From positions 1 to 61,705 of the forward strand of contig JBBRQB010000005.1 in NCBI GenBank assembly GCA_038227105.1: DNA of 61,705 nt. The letters run 5' to 3'. The position numbers were made by a program, and so were the translations under genes. The notes beneath the pieces were generated by a model. That model was not told the origin of the DNA. It did not search any database and was given only the letters and a program-made list of their open reading frames with translations. Every line of letters begins with the position of its first letter. Position 1 is the stretch's first letter. Shown one piece after another: positions 57,566 to 61,705 of the stretch. The DNA comes from Candidatus Limnocylindria bacterium (GTDB lineage: Bacteria > Chloroflexota > Limnocylindria > P2-11E).

Positions 57566-58333
57566 ATGGACGTCGGGACCCTTGCCGTCGCGGCACTTCC
57601 GGCATTCATCGCGAGCGCCGTCGAGTTCGTCGAGGCGACCACGATCATCCTCGCGGTCGGCGTCACCCGCGGGTGGCGGGCCCCGCTGTATGGGACCATC
57701 GCCGCGGCGCTCACCCTCGCGCTGATCATCGGGACGCTCGGGGTCACCATCGTCACGGTCGTGCCGGAGCACGCCCTCAAGGCCTTCGTCGGGGCCCTGC
57801 TGCTGCTGTTCGGGCTCCGCTGGCTGCGCAAGGCGGTGCTACGGTTCGCCGGGATCATCGCCCTGCACGACGAGGAGCGGATCTACCTCAAGGAGGTCGC
57901 CGAGCTCAAGGCCCAGGGTCTCACGAAGACCGGCTTCGACCGGATCGGTGCGATCGTCGCGTTCAAGGCGGTGCTGCTCGAGGGCACCGAGGTCGCGTTC
58001 ATCGTCATCGCCTTCGGCGCGGGCGGGGCCGCGGCCCTGAACGCCGCGATCGTCGGGGCCATCGCCGCCGGCATCGTCGTGATCATCCTCGGGGCCCTGC
58101 TGCGGACCCCGCTCACGATGGTCCCGGAGAACTGGATGAAGTTCGGGGTCGGGGCGATCCTTTCGGCCTTCGGGGTGTTCTGGTTCGCCGAGGGGCTCGG
58201 GACCCAGTGGCCCGGGGACGCCCTCTCGATCCTAGCGATCCTCGCGGTGTTCCTCGCAGCGAGCTGGATCTCGGCCCGGATGCTGCGGCTGATGCTGCCC
58301 CAGGGCGCCGAAGTCGCCGGACGGAGCATCTAG
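57566..58333 (+). CDS. COG4280-like membrane protein (ExxE motifs; possible metal transporter)
   Basis: AVEFVEA and LLEGTEVAF repeats, VPENWMKF; multiple TM helices. Confidence 0.75.
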   Translation: MDVGTLAVAALPAFIASAVEFVEATTIILAVGVTRGWRAPLYGTIAAALTLALIIGTLGVTIVTVVPEHALKAFVGALLLLFGLRWLRKAVLRFAGIIALHDEERIYLKEVAELKAQGLTKTGFDRIGAIVAFKAVLLEGTEVAFIVIAFGAGGAAALNAAIVGAIAAGIVVIILGALLRTPLTMVPENWMKFGVGAILSAFGVFWFAEGLGTQWPGDALSILAILAVFLAASWISARMLRLMLPQGAEVAGRSI

Positions 58334-58555
58334 GTGACGGGCGTGGTCGAGGCCATCTGGGGCCTCCTGGTCGAGGACGGCTCGCTCGCCGTCGGGATCG
58401 TCGTCGCCTTGGCGGTGACCTGGATCGCGGCGATCGTCCTACCCGCGGGCCAGCTCGAGCTGATCGGCTGGCTGCTGCTGGCCATGCTCGTCGTGCTCGT
58501 CGTGGTCAACCTCCAGGCAGCGGGCCGCAAGGCCAAGCGGAGGATCTCCTCCTAG
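58334..58555 (+). CDS. Small two-TM membrane protein
   Basis: Abuts the previous stop; WGLLVEDGSLA plus two hydrophobic helices and a basic tail. Confidence 0.65.
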   Translation: MTGVVEAIWGLLVEDGSLAVGIVVALAVTWIAAIVLPAGQLELIGWLLLAMLVVLVVVNLQAAGRKAKRRISS

Positions 58556-58558
58556 CGG

Positions 58559-59530
58559 TCATACCTCCGGCAACGGAAAGCTGATCAGCGCGGGCCGACC
58601 GTCCTCGATCGCGGGCGCGTAGACGAGCCGGTTGGTACGGTCATACGCGACCCAGCTGGCGCCACGCGCGGTCGGTACGTTCGCGAGGAATCGGACCGGG
58701 TCTCCGCCGAAGATCCCGACGACCGGGCCGCCGGTGAAGCCCGAGTGCGCCGCGAAGAAACGACCGATGGTCGGGTCATAGACCGCTCCGTCGCCACCGC
58801 CGGACTCATCGATGATCGCCGCCGGCCGTTGTGCCTTCAGATCCCAGATCACGGTGTGCGGCCGCTCCTTGTTGTCGCACACCAGAAGCGCCTGCTGCGT
58901 CTTCGGATCGATGGCCACGCCATTCGGATTGCAGGCATCTCCGATGTCGATCGTGCGAACGAGCGTGTCGCTCTTGGGGTCGATCTGGTGCAGCGCGTTC
59001 GCGGTCCGGCTCGCCACGTAGATCATTCCGTCGCCTTCGTTGTAACGCGGCTGCTCGATCGCGCCGCCCAGGCCAAAGATCTTCGCGACCACGGCGTGGG
59101 TCACCGCATCGACAACGCCAACGAATTTGTCGTTGTGCAGGCCCGCGTAGACCTTCTTGAGCGCCGGGACGTACTCGATGAGGTCCGCCGAGCCTGTCGC
59201 GCCGATGTCGATCCGGGCCACGAACGTGTCGACGCTCGGCGAAGACGGATCGACGTCGATGACGCCGAGCATGCCGCCGGCTAGGCCGACGAAGACCTTT
59301 CGGAGCTCCGGAGCGATGGCGATCCCGTAAAAGCCGCCTTTTGTCTTGATCGTCTTGAGGTATTTCGCCTCGGGCGTGGCGATGTCAAAGACGTCGACGC
59401 CCCCGGCCCAGTTGTCTCCGGCGTAGAGGCGGTGCGCGGCCTGATCGATCTCGACGGTGTCGCAGAACTTCATGCCGACCGCGGTGGCGGGCACCGCGGC
59501 ATGGCGCAGGGGCAGCTTCGTCGGCGGCAT
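58559..59530 (-). CDS. YncE/YVTN-like beta-propeller protein
   Basis: Repeated blades (RLYAG, KVFVG, KVYAG, MIYVA, LVYAP); GAGGA RBS; no signal peptide. Confidence 0.75.
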   Translation of the reverse strand: MPPTKLPLRHAAVPATAVGMKFCDTVEIDQAAHRLYAGDNWAGGVDVFDIATPEAKYLKTIKTKGGFYGIAIAPELRKVFVGLAGGMLGVIDVDPSSPSVDTFVARIDIGATGSADLIEYVPALKKVYAGLHNDKFVGVVDAVTHAVVAKIFGLGGAIEQPRYNEGDGMIYVASRTANALHQIDPKSDTLVRTIDIGDACNPNGVAIDPKTQQALLVCDNKERPHTVIWDLKAQRPAAIIDESGGGDGAVYDPTIGRFFAAHSGFTGGPVVGIFGGDPVRFLANVPTARGASWVAYDRTNRLVYAPAIEDGRPALISFPLPEV

Positions 59531-59638
59531 CGGTCGTCCTCTTCTCGCTGCTCATTCAGGCGCTCGGCTGACAATAGTTGTTGCCGAAGCAGCGTGCCGC
59601 TGACATGATTGTTCCAGCACGGAAGGGATGGGCCGTAG

Positions 59639-60877
59639 ATGCGATCGCTGCTCGTGGACGTCTCCGCATTCCGCTCCGAACGCGACTTCCGACTGCTCTC
59701 CTTCGGCCAAGTCTCCAGCGAGCTCGGCCGGCAGGTGCTCCTCATCGCGATGCCATATGAGGTGTACGTGCGGACCGGTTCCACCTTCGCTGTCGGTCTG
59801 TTGTCGCTCATCCAGGTCGCATCGCTCCTCGGGTTCTCGCTTCCTGGCGGCGCCCTCGCGGACACGCTCGACCGCAGGCGGGTGCTCGTCATCGGCCAGA
59901 CCGCCCTGACGGTCTTCGGCCTGATCCTGTTCGCCGGCTCGCTCGATCCGGGCACGCCGATCTGGACCGTCTACCTGGCCGCGTTCGTGATCACCGGGAC
60001 CATCGCGGTCGCTCGGCCGGCGCAGAAGGCGGCGATGTTCACGGTCGTGACGCGGGAGCGCCTCAACTCGGCGGTCGCCCTCGACCAGACGGCGAATCAA
60101 CTCGCCTCGGTGCTCGGCCCCGCCCTGGGTGGCATCCTCATCGGGGCATTCGGTCTCCCCGCCGCGTATGGGCTCGCCGCCGCGAGCTTCCTCTGCCTCG
60201 GCGCCGCGGCGCTGCTAATCAAGCGATCGCTGGTCGCGGCCGCCCCCGGCCTCAGCCGGCTCCACGCGATCCGCGAGGGCCTCGCCTACGTGCGCCGCAC
60301 GCCGGTGGTCTCGTCGACGATGGCGATGGACTTCGCCGCCATGCTGTTCGGATTTCCCGTCGCGCTGTTCCCGGCGATCGCGCTCACGGTCTTCGGCGTG
60401 GGTGCTCCCGGGTTGGGGCTCCTGGTATCGGCCATCGCGGTCGGCGCGCTGGCCGCATCGATCCTCAGCGGACCGCTCACGGCCATGCATCGCAAGGGCG
60501 TTGGCGTGACGGTGCTGTTCGCGATCTGGGGCACGGCGATCGCGCTCTTCGGCCTCGTCACGTTCTCGTTCCCGCTCGCGCTCCTGCTCCTCGCGACGGC
60601 CGGGGCAGCCGACATCGGCGCCGGCGTACTGCGAGCGAGCATCGTCCAGAGCACGATCCCGGATGAGATGCGCGGCCGGGTGATCTCGATCAACTCGCTC
60701 ATCGCGACCGGCGGTCCCCGGCTCGGCGACTTCGAGGCCACCGTGGTCGCCAGTCTCACGTCCGTCCAGTTCTCCGTGGTCAGCGGCGGGATCCTGTGCG
60801 TCCTCGGTACGCTGGCGGTAGCACGCAAATTCCCGCAGCTTCTTGCGTTCGGGAAGGAAGGGCCGGCCAAACCGTGA
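59639..60877 (+). CDS. MFS transporter (EntS-like)
   Basis: GGALADTLDRRR, PDEMRGR, GGPRLGD. Confidence 0.9.
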   Translation: MRSLLVDVSAFRSERDFRLLSFGQVSSELGRQVLLIAMPYEVYVRTGSTFAVGLLSLIQVASLLGFSLPGGALADTLDRRRVLVIGQTALTVFGLILFAGSLDPGTPIWTVYLAAFVITGTIAVARPAQKAAMFTVVTRERLNSAVALDQTANQLASVLGPALGGILIGAFGLPAAYGLAAASFLCLGAAALLIKRSLVAAAPGLSRLHAIREGLAYVRRTPVVSSTMAMDFAAMLFGFPVALFPAIALTVFGVGAPGLGLLVSAIAVGALAASILSGPLTAMHRKGVGVTVLFAIWGTAIALFGLVTFSFPLALLLLATAGAADIGAGVLRASIVQSTIPDEMRGRVISINSLIATGGPRLGDFEATVVASLTSVQFSVVSGGILCVLGTLAVARKFPQLLAFGKEGPAKP

Positions 60878-61563
60878 CTGACCTGACCCGCGACCTTGTC
60901 CTCGCGAACCGCATCCTTGCACGTGAGGACGTGCTCGACGCGTTCGGTCATGTCAGCGTGCGCGATCCTCGCGATCCGGACAGGTTCCACATCGCCCGCT
61001 CGCTCAGCCCGGCGCAGGTCACCGAGGCGGACCTGCAGGTCCTCGACCTTGACGGCCGCCGGGTCTCAGGCGACGAGCGCCTGTCATATGCCGAGGTCGC
61101 GATCCACGCGGGTGTCTACCGCGCGAGACCCGATGTCGGCGCCGTCTGCCACAGCCACGCCGCCCCGGTCATTCCGTTCACCGTCACGCCCACGCCGCTC
61201 CGGCCGATCACGCACGTAGCTGCCGTGATCGGCGTCGAGGTTCCGGTCTGGGACAGCGCTGACCTCGGCCCGGACCTGCTGGTGCGGACCGCATCACAGG
61301 GCGACTACCTCTCGCGGACGCTAGGCTCCGGCCCTGCGGCGCTGATGCGCGGTCACGGCTGCGTCGTAGCCGCCGCGGACCTTCGAGCCCTGACCCTCAT
61401 CACTATCCGCCTGATCGCCAACGCCGAACAGCTTGCCGCGTCGCTGGCGCTCGGCGAGGTGCGCTACCTGACCACAGAGGAGATCGCGCGATCGAGCGCG
61501 ATGATCTTGGCTCCGCTGTCCCTTGATCGCGCCTGGGGCTACTGGGTGTCGCGCGCCGGCTAG
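60874..61563 (+). CDS. Class II aldolase/adducin family protein
   Basis: FGHVSVR, E..IH, CHSH, LMRGHG Zn ligands. Confidence 0.9.
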   Translation: MTDLTRDLVLANRILAREDVLDAFGHVSVRDPRDPDRFHIARSLSPAQVTEADLQVLDLDGRRVSGDERLSYAEVAIHAGVYRARPDVGAVCHSHAAPVIPFTVTPTPLRPITHVAAVIGVEVPVWDSADLGPDLLVRTASQGDYLSRTLGSGPAALMRGHGCVVAAADLRALTLITIRLIANAEQLAASLALGEVRYLTTEEIARSSAMILAPLSLDRAWGYWVSRAG

Positions 61564-61705
61564 CTGTGCGACTGACGTTGGTCGATGACGCTGGAGTCGC
61601 CGACTTTTTGGCGTAGACGCTCGTAGGGGGTCTGCCCGCCCAGCGCGCCGTGCGGACGATCGAAATTGTAGAAGTCCTCCCACTCTTGGAGCTTCACGTT
61701 GAAGA
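61560..61705 (-). mobile_element. IS481-family element: transposase C-terminus and terminal IR (truncated by window)
   Basis: Hand translation FNVKLQEWEDFYNFDRPHGALGGQTPYERL...; element end begins TGT at 61565. Confidence 0.85.

Noticed and set aside
1-61705. CRISPR arrays, tRNA/rRNA genes, riboswitches, prophage
   Set aside because: None recognised by eye; intergenic gaps are short. A covariance-model scan would be needed to exclude small RNAs

Overview
High-GC (~70% by eye), gene-dense bacterial DNA. The F420-dependent Fgd, lipoprotein ABC binding proteins and overall gene content suggest Chloroflexota or Actinomycetota (inference only). Bases 1-~9,000 are mostly housekeeping: MFS, class I FBP aldolase, tadA, two crotonases, Fpg/Nei glycosylase, kinase, acs, IDI-2. 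The remaining ~52 kb is a catabolic island for unknown (hetero)aromatic or CoA-activated substrates. It encodes a molybdenum hydroxylase (CoxGMSL-like), three bicupins, an orphan EutA-type ATPase, a Pch2/TRIP13-like AAA+ ATPase, M20 and dihydroorotase-type amidohydrolases, three LLM flavoproteins plus Fgd/Pgl, an atypical P450 with ferredoxin, UbiD/UbiX, two PhtD-like proteins, a family III CoA-transferase pair with crotonase and Ltp2-type thiolase/DUF35, a ThDP enzyme, two NitT/TauT ABC importers, several MFS carriers and GntR/RpiR regulators with candidate operators. Several decayed gene remnants are present, and the window ends in an IS481-family element. The most novel signal is two converging operons in which a bicupin is directly followed by an ATP-driven remodeller that lacks its usual partner: EutA-like without EutBC, and TRIP13-like without HORMA/CBASS. 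All family calls come from motif recognition, not database searches.
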